Of a stretch of 64,000 nucleotides of DNA, positions 35,491 through 47,320 are shown one piece after another; position 1 is the first letter of the stretch; every line of letters starts with the position of its first letter. The notes under the pieces were generated by a model. The model was given only the letters and a program-made list of their open reading frames with translations. It made no database searches and was not told the origin of the DNA. The stretch spans positions 24,118,001-24,182,000 of the forward strand of contig NW_024704748.1 in NCBI RefSeq assembly GCF_018977255.1. The letters are read 5' to 3'. Both the position numbers and the translations under genes were made by a program. Source of the DNA: Callorhinchus milii. Lineage: Eukaryota.

Positions 35491-37787
35491 ATATAAATAC
35501 CCTTAACATCAAAGGTTGATCAAAGGTTAAGCGCTCCAAGACACCGTCCATCTAAATATGTTCCCATTATTTGTATGATAACTGTAAATCGAGGTGCTTA
35601 AAGAGTTACAGCTTTCGTTGAGTTTGGCTTGATGGGGGTTACTGAATGGATGGCAGAATTTTGGCCAAAAGAAACATTCTGGGTGGGAACTGCACTGAAC
35701 GTCAGAAGCTCAGAACAAGGCTTCTCCTCTGAGGCCTAAATCCAGGCATAAAATTGAACACAAGTTTCCAATTTACTTTTATAAGCAAAGTCAAAAGCAG
35801 TGTAACTGAGCTATGTTTGTTTTAGGGTTCAGTGGCGTTCGCCTGCTGGTGGGAAAAGATGCAAGGGACATTTCCCAGAATCATTGGGAGATCAGTTATC
35901 TACATTTCCATTCTCTTGACAAAAGCTTAGGAAAGTTTATTAATTGTATCTTCTGATGCCACAAGAAGGTTAAATTATTATTTTTTGGTTCGTTGGTTTG
36001 AAATGTATAGGTTTGCCTTTCAATAGCCTCTTGTTCCCGCTGGCAACACTTCTCACCATGTGACACCATGAATTATATAGAAGGATTAAGTGACCTACAT
36101 CCAAAGTATGCGCCGCTGAACAGGTGAGGTCCAGCAGAGGATCAAGTTATAACTGGGTTTGGTCTGATAGGAACAGACATGGGCTATTAATTCTGGATGT
36201 TTGGCAAGTGAAATCTAAAGGAAATCACTGTGCTGCACAGTCACTATAACCCGCACACTGTATCCATTTCAGTAGTGAGATCCAGCATCTCTTTTTGATA
36301 ACTATCCTTGCATTGCCAGACATTCAGGCTTCCATTCCCCGGGTTGAAACGCAATCTTCTGTGGGAGGGATTTCATCCAGCTGGTTTATAACCAGAACAG
36401 ACGTTTTGTTTCTTGAGCTTTCCTGTTGGCAACAACTGAGGGTAACTATTAACAAAGGGTGTAACCTCAATGGTAGGGAATAAACACCAAGAGACAAAGT
36501 GAGTTGAGTCCTCCTCCTCCACTGCCTTATTGCAGAAGGCTATGATCCTGTCTATAGGTCTGGTCTGTACATTAACCTTCATTTCCTTTATTGCTCTTTT
36601 TATTTTAGCATAATTTTTCATAGCTTGAATGCATCTTGGTGATATAAGCTGCGGACAGAAAGGCTTTTATCCACTAGGAGTGCTGATGATCAGCATAATA
36701 CCTTCCCAGGTAAGGTTAGACACAGTCAGATACAGAACAAACAACAAAGTGAAGCTACCTTTCCTCTGCAGTTACTGCAACTTGGCAAGTGTTTAAGAAA
36801 GTCAGGTTCCACATGTTTGACTGGTGCATTCCTCCCACCTACAGGGAATAACATTTGTTCAGTAAAATGCAAGGGGATAAAAAGTTACAGCAAACAAGCT
36901 GAAAATACTGATCCACGAAACGCACATTCCAGCATGGGAATAACGGCATCTTTCTTTTCCTCTGGTTTGGATCATCAGTGCTGTGTTATACATCAAATAG
37001 TATTACAAATCCGCCTACAAATACACAGTCAGTACACTTTGTAGGAAACCCTGTTAAGCGCTTTGAGACGTCCGCCTGACTTAAAAAGGCACAATATAAA
37101 AATCAAGCATTATTACTGTTATTATTTTTATAGTAACCAAGTACCAATTGCCATTAGCCTTAGCCACTTTCTGCGCCTGTGACTGATTAACGTACTGAAG
37201 ATTTTCAGTGTGAAAGTGCCAGGAGAGTCCTGGCAATCCCGTTGTGCACTTGATAGCTTTCCCAGGCAATCTCTCCTATCCCGCACTCTAATACACGCTG
37301 CGGAATTTGGAACTGGTTTGTGCCACAAGATTCATGGGCTCGTTGTGAAGTGGATTTGGACCCAGGGGATTCAATTTGCAGCTGTCTCTGACAGTGAGAG
37401 GACTTTGACTCCTTGCAGGATGCGAGCCTTGGAACAAACTGTGAGACATAATCGCAAGAATGCTTTCAGAAACTCTGCCCTCTCTCTCTCTCTCTCTCTC
37501 ATTAGAACTGATCAGTTTGGCTGCGGCCAAAAGCTGTTAAAAACCTATTCTGCGGAGAGAGAGAAAAAAAACGACGTTTTTGGTCAAACACAGGATGAGC
37601 TCTTGCATTCACTTTGGACGCTTTGATCATTTCACGATGAAAAAACAAAAGTTAGCTGTGGAAAAACAAATTATCTAACTACCGAGGGGTTTCTATACTC
37701 TTAAAAGAACCCATTTACTGCGAGCACAGTGCAAATGAGGTAATTCTCTCAGCGGGAAAGCTTGCCCCAATTTACGCCAACGCACAT

Positions 37788-38008
37788 TCTGGGATTCCCA
37801 AGTCTTGGCTCTAGTCAACCTACGCCTAGTATTTTCCAGAATAGGTAAGCAGGATGAGATCCTACAGAAGAGTACAACTCCATTCCAACAATCTATCCAT
37901 GTGTAAGTCGAATGCATGGAATTCTCAGTTTGGTTTGCACACTATATTAAGCATAGGGATGGGCTTCCGCATGTGTCAAGATACCCCGCTGACCAAAAAA
38001 ATGGGTGT
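37788..38008 (+). repeat. Unclassified interspersed repeat, copy 2
   Basis: Similar to 24425-24660. Confidence 0.75.
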
Positions 38009-40059
38009 ACATGCCTTTGTTTTGCCTCTGACCGCTAGGAAACATACTTCATTCTTGTGTGCATTCTCCCTCTCTCTCTCTCTCTCTCTTTCCCCGCCTC
38101 TCTCTCTCCCCTCTTCCACTCCTCGCAGCCTGCTTTCTATTTGACTGCATCTGATTTAAATTTTTTTTCTCTACAAACACCATTAAGCGTAGTGCTTAAA
38201 AGAATCAACATAGGAATCTCCATATGCAGCTGTGTCCTGAATAGTATTCGCCAAATAGTGTCTTTTGACTGGAGAGTACATTACTTGGCAGTGCCCACTG
38301 CCCTCACTAGGGAATTTGCAGTTAAGATTGTTCTCAATTCTGTGCCTAAACTTTAGTTGCAGTAAAGGGCTTTGGCATATTTGCAAAAATGATGAATACT
38401 TTAAATGGTTATTTTAACACATAATGACGTTTGCCTATAAAATATGTAGCACTTTGAGACATCCTCCTGACTTGAAAGGTGCTCTAGCAAATGTGAGGAT
38501 TATAACAATAATATTAATAAAAATTACTACTAATAATGCATTGTAGCTTTTTTAAATTAAAAATCAATTTCATTTATTTTCCTGGTGCTTTTACATTTCC
38601 ATCCTCGCCGTCATCCCTTGAACACAAAGTGCCATGATTGATCGATTCCCTCCCAGGCCTCTGATTACTTCAGGTGTGTGGGCGCCTTGCTGTAAAGCTT
38701 TTCTGAACTTACTCTATGAGATGTCCGCCTCCAATCCCTCTTTTCCGATGGTGGAAATGTACTGTGTGTGTGTGTGTATCTGCCTGTCTGTGTGGGTTCC
38801 TCTCTGAGCTGTCTCCAGCTGTATATCTGTCACTGTGCACGCCTGGCTGTCTTTGTGTGTGCGTGTGTGTGTGTGGAGGAAATATGTCCCATAGGTTTAA
38901 TTTAATCTTTCAATAAGATTTTATACTTGAGGGTAATAATCGCTGTTGATTGAAATAGTAACCCATCCCCCTGAGTATTTCTCCTATTTGCTTCTCTTTG
39001 TTTCACTCCTTTATGTGTGCATTTTTAAAAAAAATTTCATTTCAATTTCCAAAATGAAACTCTTATTTCCTCAGACTGGGTTTGGAGGCTCTCAGTTGCC
39101 TTTGGTTCCATTTGAAAAGTAAATTGGACAATTACTAAAAATGTTTTCATTCTCCTCTTTGCAACAATGAAGTGAAATTGGCAGCGTTTTTGTGTAACAT
39201 TCAATGGGATAATTACCACAAGGAAACACTGCTAATTTCAACTGCATTATTTCCACGCTGTAAAGGTCCAACTCAAAACTGAGTCCTACAATTCTGTTTC
39301 CTTATTTCCTTCCTTAGTATAGCGCCTTGATTTGAAATACCATCATTATTCTACCCTTCGCCTATAAAATATACAGTATCTACACTTTACAGCAGTGGTA
39401 GCCATCCTGTGGCCTGGGGGCTGGAAGTGGCAATCCTCCTTTTATTGCAGGTTTACAAATGCAAGTTGGTACTTACCCTGAGTTCTATTTTCAAACACAT
39501 GCTATATTAGCAGGGGCTGAAGCACAGACCCCAACAGTCCTGATCCTGCTGTTTGAAGATTGGGTACAGTAGTTTACAATGAACAAAGGTTTGATTTGTC
39601 CCAAGTTAGCTCCAACTGCAGTGCCTGTAAGAAAGGTTTGGTTCTGCACAGAAACTCCACTTCCCCCAGATCGACACTTTAAACGGTGCAGTGCTATCAC
39701 AGAACAAACCACACAGTATTAGCTTGATGCAGTCCTGCGTATAGGGTTTGTTTGTATTAAGTTGGCTCAGCTCTGTGATATAATCGCAATCTTGTAATCC
39801 AGACCGCGTTAAAGCTCCTGCATCGCAACAACAGCGCAAATATGTCAGAATAATGCAAATTTATTAACAACACATTAAATCTCCAGTTGTAGCTAAAAAT
39901 GAACTTGCCATTTGTTTCAAAGCTACAGAATGAGTTGTGCACCAACCACAAACAACAACAAATTATATTTGACCGTTGATCCAATGACAACATGAGATAC
40001 AAGCCCATTCTGAAGCCTGTCAGCAAAATATTAGAAGTCAAGTCATTTGTTTCCTTCTA

Positions 40060-40292
40060 CTCTATGCAAATTGGCTGCCACTTTCCTGAGAAATACTGTC
40101 ACTACACTCGAAGGAAATTCCCTGTGAAGCGCTTTGAGACATTCCAACATTATAGGCGCTATACAGTTGCATCTGTCCTCAAATATACAGACACTGCACT
40201 TCACAGTAAAATCCTGTGAAGCGTTTTGAGATGTTTCGACAATGTGATAAAGTGCTGTAGCAAATGCAAGTATTATTATCAAATGCAAGGAT
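40060..40292 (+). mobile_element. Tandem SINE 3' ends
   Basis: cctgtgaagcg.tttgaga occurs twice, and caaatgcaag is duplicated at the end. Confidence 0.6.
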
Positions 40293-42589
40293 CAGGGTTT
40301 TTTGGTTGGGTAAGAAACAAGGTAAAGCTAAATGTACTTTACATTTGATTTGGCGAAGGAAGGCCATCAAATTATTTGTGGCTGTTAAGACTGTCCATGT
40401 TTATTTCCAGAGGGTTGATATTTCCTCTCCTCCGCTCCTGTGATCCCAAACGCTGAACTGAAATTAAATTTAATGGTACCAGTGTACTGCTTCTCAGTGG
40501 GGAGTCCCTTTACATGTTTCATCCCAGGGGACGCTGCTGTGGCAATTCCCGTCTTTATTTCAGTTCAGCACATGGAGGTGTTGAAGCCTGGAAATGTGTG
40601 GACCCAGCATGGGGTATTGCCATGTTGTGGGGACTGTTGCGAGCACGGTGATGTCTGTAACCAAGACAACCATCTACGCCTTGAAAAGCAAAACAGGGAT
40701 AGATGTTCCTTTTATTCTAACCCAACACTAATCCTGGGGTAAAGCTCCTCAGTACAATTTATGGTCCGAGTCTGCTCTGGAATATCCAGAAAAAGCTGTA
40801 AGCAGTTTGAGTATTTACAGAGTTCCACCATATATTTATAGAGTTTTTCCGTGTTTCAAGTTAAGGTTTGATCTTCTCCCCACACATCCCGAGGGAGTTA
40901 TCCATCTGCTGGAATAACATTTTAACCCTATTCTTCTCACTCCTTTCTTTCTAACCAATAAATCTTGGCAGCGACTGAAGTAAAGCTGAGAAAGAAGCAA
41001 ATAAACCACAACTGTTCCCAATTTTCTTTCTAGAAAAGCGCATGCAATTGCAGATTAAGTATTGGGATCAACCGAATGGTGTTTTAATGAGAATTTTTCA
41101 GTCTGCTGCTGTTTGTTCAGGGTTTTCTGTAAGTGGGCCTCAGACTTGCTTCAATTTGCAGCCTTCTGCTTAGGATTTGTTTAAACGCTCAAGCACTTGA
41201 ACTGTGGGGCACTCTGCTTCATAATTAGTCAGATGGGAATATCTTCTATAAGTAGTAAGGCCTGATAGTAACCAGCATTTGTTTTACCACATTTTACTGC
41301 ACTCAGCCTCTGGCCTCCATACACTAACATAGGCCCCTGCAGGTGAACAAATAGCTTGTCAATTTTTCCACGACTTTTAACACCGTTTGTCAAAATATAC
41401 CCCACAAAGCAAATAAATATGATTTAAGTACAATTTTGACAACAATAAATGCATTGGTTATTTACATAATTCTCACCCTTATCATTAGTAATTGTGTAAT
41501 TGAGCGCATGTATAATTCCTCAGTAGCACACGCACAAACACATGGTGCAAAATACCGAACTGTGAGCTTGGATCAATTCCTTATTGTCTTCGCATATTTT
41601 AGTCTGCAGTGTTGGATTGAAGAAACTACAGTAAAAATAATAAGTTGCTGAAATTGGAAGAAAACTGATTGCAATGCAATGTGATCTGGATTCCCTTAAG
41701 CTGTTTGTTTAAGCTGTTTGTGTCTGTTGGCCAACACTTACTGGGCAGGCAGAGAAGATGGTCTGCGTCGTACAACAGCAATGATTACACATTCACCATT
41801 ACATGTGAAGCAAAACCACAGTCTGGCACAAGGAAAGTAAAGGGTTGAGTGAGTGAATCCAGTTTTTCGCTGTGTATTTGCAGCACACATGTGGCAGCAC
41901 ATAATATGGCTCTTTTATGCTTGTAAGTGGAAGCCAAATCCCTGAGTTCAGGAGTTTCAGTGATGGGAAAACTTAGTCCATTCGAAATAATCCTGCCCTT
42001 TTAGCGTGGTTAACTAATTCCAATGGACTTCATGGGTAGACCCTACCACAGCTCCAACTGTTAAATTATTGGTAACACCAAAAAAAACATTGCCACTACA
42101 GTCCATCTGGCTCTCTCCCTTATAAGCATTTTAATATCACCATTTATTAAAGGTCTCTCCTCGCCATTTTAACTGTTCGAAACTTAATTGGTAATAGTGC
42201 ACATTGAACCCACCTGGAAACCCATCCTTTGGAATAAACAGGAACAAAGGTGGTGCTTCTGAATGTTGTGCAGGCCGATTGCATGCTGCAAAGTTAAAGT
42301 GAAATATTTTATTCTCAAGTCAATGGAGGAGATGGAGATGATGCTGGCATCTTTTAATAGGCACAGATTTACAACTGGAAAACTGGCCATTTCTTCCTTC
42401 CTTCCTCCTTGGTGCCCTCCAAGTTCTGCTCTACCCTGTGCATGCACTGCTGTAGACCCGGTTTCACAGAGACCATAAAACACCAGGAACAATCGTATGA
42501 TGCACTTTTTACTGTGTTTTGAGATTGCTGAAGTGCTGTTGAATTCTGAAAGAGCTGTGTTTAATCTGCTGTTTGATTCCCATTCACAG

Positions 42590-42955
42590 AATCTCAGGAA
42601 TTTTCACAGCCTCAGCTCTTTGGGCAGCGCTGGGGACGATTGCTGCCAGCAGCAAGGACAGCCTGCATCTCGGAGCGTGACCACCACAAAGAAATGGACA
42701 CCGTCCCTTTGTGACTCCGCTCCGATGCCAGGCACCACGCCTGCCTGCAGCCCGGAACTGCAGCATCACGAAAACGTGGGCGAGCTCGCCACGAGCGTAA
42801 GGAAAACCAGGGAGGAAGGCAAAGGGTTCGGAGCCGTGAAGGAAAGCTGTCAGAGTGAGGAGAACGAAAAGGACACGTGGAGGAAGGGGGAAAGCGGACA
42901 GGATACATTTCAGCTGGACTGCGAACTGGATATTGAACAGATAGAAAACAACTGA
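42590..42955 (+). CDS. FAM53B: FAM53B terminal coding exon (NLRNFHSLS..FQLDCELDIEQIENN*)
   Basis: Acceptor cattcacag|, phase 0. It encodes the FAM53-family C-terminal motif ELDIEQIENN, with stop TGA at 42953-42955. Confidence 0.93.
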   Translation, partial: NLRNFHSLSSLGSAGDDCCQQQGQPASRSVTTTKKWTPSLCDSAPMPGTTPACSPELQHHENVGELATSVRKTREEGKGFGAVKESCQSEENEKDTWRKGESGQDTFQLDCELDIEQIENN

Positions 42956-45001
42956 AGAAGTTTCCCGTTTTGACTGCCCAGTTGTACAATGAGTGAGCAG
43001 AAGAGATTTATGAAATTCTGCACAGTTCTGACACATTGACTTCTCTTCAGAGCTTTGAAACGCAAGGGCTCTACAAAAGCACGTGAACTCAGTACAACTC
43101 CATGACTAGAACTGACACCAAGATTTGCCGAGCGATGATCAGGAGGGGAAAACAACAAGGAGAGCAGCGGCAATTTCCATTTCTTTTTAACCCACTCATT
43201 AACTACTTGGATTTGCCCAAGGCAGTCTCCAGTTTAAAGCTGTCCGGAATAAAAGAGTGGGCCCTTTTCCCTTCATGTATGTTTTATACCAGCTTGATCA
43301 TAGTAGTTTTATATGTTTAAGTTGTTTCGATGCAGTGTAAATGTGGTTTATAATTCCGATCTTATGATTGACACTCTTTCCCCAAACCCGTAAACGAATG
43401 TTTGACCAGGATGCCGACTTTCTTACTCAAGAACTGATCTCAGTGGATTTGACCCACAAAGGGAAATCTGATGACTTTTATAAGCTTGCAGTGGTTTTTA
43501 TATTCTTATTATGACTAGCTTCTGATTTATTTTTTAAAAAAAACTTGCATTATAATTTACATTTTACTGTTTTCTTCTCAATACAAAACTTTGCCTTTGA
43601 ACTCTGTCTGTTTGTTCCTCCTAGACTTCCAGTAATAGGGTTAGCCTCTCCATTCAGCTCTAGTTTTCTTTGCTGCTGATTAGTTTCAGTAGGTTTGTCC
43701 TGCTCATGCCTGAACTCCATGTCTGATATCACCCTGAGGTGTACAGGAGGATTGGAGGCTGGGGGGAAATCAGCAGCCAAGACACATGATATTGAGAGAG
43801 AGAGGGGGGAGATAATCAAGTGTTCACATGAGGAGAGCAGATGGTGAGGCTCCCCTCAACGATAAAAGTAGCAGAAATTTGTCTGGTAATTGTAAAATGG
43901 AGAGTTAAATCCTGCCCAAATCAAGAGAGTTGGCATCTCTGGCTTTGAACAGCACCAAGTTCCAGTATCTGTGCATTTGTGTGTGTGTGTGTGAGTGAGC
44001 GCATGTGTGTGTCTATTGTAGACTCAGGGTGTCCATAAATGGACTTGTAAGATGAACATTTAAAAAAGAAAAAAAAACCATTCACCATTTTTAAAAAATT
44101 TATAATTGTTCCCTGTCGCAAGACAAGAGTTATTTTCTACTGCAAGTTTCTATTCTCTTCTACTTGCGTGCAACGAAATTATCAACAACCTCATTCTTTG
44201 CAATAAGCTGAAATGGGAATTTTGTCAGAACCACAGGGTGTTGGAAAGATGCAAGCGGTGTTGCCGGTTTCAGGTAGAGCTCGAGAGAAAGACTGTCGGA
44301 AGTGTGATGGGAATGAGTCACGTACGGGAAAGTCATGCTTAGAAAGGACTTTGTCTGGTTTAGGTATTGCAGATACTGGAATGTCAGGAATTCCGAGAAA
44401 GACAAAGTATTGAGCATTTTAAACATTTTCCAAATGTAGACCAAGCAATATTTTATGCCTATACAGTACTACCTGCATGTGGTAGCGAAACAGACGGGAA
44501 CAGAATGCATTGTTTAACGCTGAAGGCTTTTGCAACTCGTGAAATGCTGTCGTGATGTGGAATGGGATGACTCTGAAAGATTTGGACCACAAAACCCAGG
44601 GGCTAAAGACTGCCTTTCCTACCATTGGTAGCAGCAATAACACAGCACTGCATAACCTGTTTGCCTTACTTCAGAAGCTTACACAAAAGCTGCAGTTATA
44701 TGTGGCAAGTCTGGACACTTAACTCAAACGATAAAGGTATCTCAAGGAAACTTACGATGAGTCTGTCATTCTAGAAGTGCGGTTGGTCAGATGGACTGCT
44801 TATACCAGCAGTGAAAGTGTGGGTGATAGTGACTGAAATAAACTGGAGAGCACTGTTGTATTTCAGAACATTTTGTGATGTGATTGTTACCTAGAAACGA
44901 GGAGGATTCTGAAAAATACAATACGTTATTATAATTCAGCAAATTTGATTGTTTTAAAAAGAATATCACTTCCTGTCTTATAGAGGCTCTTCTCAACTTT
45001 C

Positions 45002-45007
45002 AATAAA
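45002..45007 (+). terminator. FAM53B: Candidate FAM53B polyadenylation signal
   Basis: AATAAA followed about 20-35 nt later by the U/GU-rich tract attttgttcttggttttt. It closes a roughly 2-kb region without obvious repeats after the stop. A proximal AATAAA lies at 43248. Confidence 0.55.
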
Positions 45008-45165
45008 AGTGAGGCAAAACAGATTTTGTTCTTGGTTTTTCAGGTTAATATTTGTGCGTGCCACTCACCAATAGTGCTTTATTGTTTGTGCACACACACT
45101 CGCACCTCACAATCGGGGGAACAGAGTGTGGTGTGAGTAGTAGATTTCTCTAAGGCCCTGCTCAA

Positions 45166-45428
45166 CACTGTGCTGTGATATTGTCGGTGTTTGTCGACAA
45201 AATCGTCTCTACACTTTACAGTACCTCCCGTGAAGCACCTTGAGATGTCCTCCCAACGTGAAAGGTGCTATATCAAATCCAAGGATTATTATTGTGTTGG
45301 AAGTTTGACTGTAATATGATAATAATCCTTGCATTTGATACAGTGCCTTATCAGGACTTTGAGACATCACAAAGAGCTTCACAGAATATATTGTAAAGTG
45401 GATTGACTATATTTTGTGGGAGAAACGC
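45166..45428. mobile_element. Two SINE 3' halves in inverted tail-to-tail arrangement
   Basis: The + copy ends aaggattattattg (about 45294) and the - copy begins ataataatccttgcatttg (about 45319). Confidence 0.75.
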
Positions 45429-47223
45429 TGGCTACAACAGTTGGTCTATAATTGAATTCCATCACTGTTTATACAACCACCTTATAATGTTCAGGTTTAT
45501 ATCTCTCTGTGGCAAACTCAGCTGGTTAGGATGACTGAACATTTTGTACAATAAACAAACAAACCAACAATTTATATTTACAGGATATTGCATCTTTCAT
45601 GTCAGGAGAACATCTCAAAAACTTCACCCAGCTGACTGGGTCCCCGACAATAGAGTGGGGTGGGGAGAGGGAAAGAAAAGATGATTGCAAGCATGAGGCG
45701 GGGTAGGTCAGCTTGGTTTGCAAGAAGAATCGGACGTCTGCTTGGAAGCAAACATACACAAAATAAAGAACCCAACAATTAGTGTTGGGTGAATGCATTC
45801 ACATTGTTGAGAATCATTAAGGGATTAATGGGTTTCCAATCGAAGCCATCTAACATTGACCCTGGATGGATGAAATTCAGCAGAAGAAGTGTAGTATTTT
45901 TCTTGGAACTGGGGCAAACTTGAATTTGATGCTTTGCATTTCAGACATGAACAGTTAGCAGAGAAGAACTTTCTCAGCTCTCTTTTGCTCTTCTGCAAAA
46001 TCATGAGCTGAGAAAGGTCATGGGACAGAAAAATGCATAAACAAATCTAACGCATGCCACTGTACAAGTGAGCGTGTGGTCTTGGATTATTCTCAGCAAA
46101 GGCCTGCGTTGTTCAGTGAAGATTATTCACAGACTGAGCTCACAGGAGCCTCTGATCATTATTCTCCTATTGCACTGGTACAAAGCGGGTCCTTAGGAAT
46201 TTGTGTTTGGCTTTGAATATTGAAATAAAGCTCTCTGTTTGAACACTTCAGTCTCAATGTTCTGCTTTGAAAATATTTGCTTATTACTGTGGGATTATGC
46301 AAATCAATTGCTTCAGAAGTGATGGCGGTGCACATGTTAAAACCACACAAGCGATAAAAGACAGTTATCAGTGGAATTGGGAAATCAGAACATATTTGTA
46401 AATTTGATTATCAAATAAACGCAGCCATGGTAACGTTATTCTTTAGCAGCTGGTTAGATCACTTATTTCTACACAATTCTGTTACTTGTTCCAAATTCAC
46501 GGATTCACGGCTTTACAATCTGTGCGCAATTGGCTACCACGTCTCACACACAAAGTATAGTCAATTCACTTCACTATCCTGTGAAGCGCTTTGAGACAGC
46601 TTGAAGATGTGATGAGGTGCTATATCTAGTGGAAGGATTATTATCCAAATTCATGATACAGGAAGTTTATAGCTATTCAGGGATGGGTACAACAGAATAT
46701 ACTTCAACTCTACGTGCAATCTGTTTGACCCTCATCTCTCCTTTAAGCCTAAAGGATGTTACCTCTGATAATGCAGCACTCCCTAAGCATTGGCTGAAGT
46801 GTAAGTCTAGGCTTTAAACTCCAAGAAACTGAGATCACAGATTTGAACTTTAGATCCGATTTTTTTNAATGCAAGAATACAGCATGAATTACTCACATCT
46901 GGTTAAGATTCAGTAATAGTGTCCATTTAAATTTCACAGCATTGCTAGTAAACAAAGCCTCTTCGTTTCTACAATTCAGCATTAGCTCAATGTGACTGTA
47001 AACAAAAGTTACATTAATTTTGACAGACTACAGCTTGTGTAAGTAAAACTATCTTCAAAAGGGACAAGCATGCACACTCATCTCTTAACAGCCTTTTCAG
47101 GTGAGACCAAACAAAGACAATCAAGTGGATGACGTGAAACACCAAATTAATTTGTAAATTTTCCCTGTAAATTGACCTGTTATCCTCAGTTCAGTTTTCT
47201 AGGTATCACGGTCCTTTGCTGCG

Positions 47224-47320
47224 TTACTTGTTTAAATGTTCCAGGAGGATGTCAACTGCTTGTGCTAAATTGTCCACGTAACCATCTGCCTTCACTGTTG
47301 GGTGCTGTTCATCAGATGGC
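47224..47320 (-). CDS. LHPP: LHPP last coding exon (R-PSDEQHPTVKADGYVDNLAQAVDILLEHLNK*)
   Basis: Minus acceptor ctttatctgcag|, 97 nt, TAA stop. Matches the LHPP C-terminus (PSDEHHP.VKADGYVDNLAEAVD.LL). Phase fits the exon at 63333-63424. Confidence 0.93.

Noticed and set aside
36373-36650. Protein-like minus ORF (MKNYAKIKRAIKEMK..) with an upstream acceptor-like site
   Set aside because: No good donor and no recognisable homology. It lies antisense within FAM53B intron 4.
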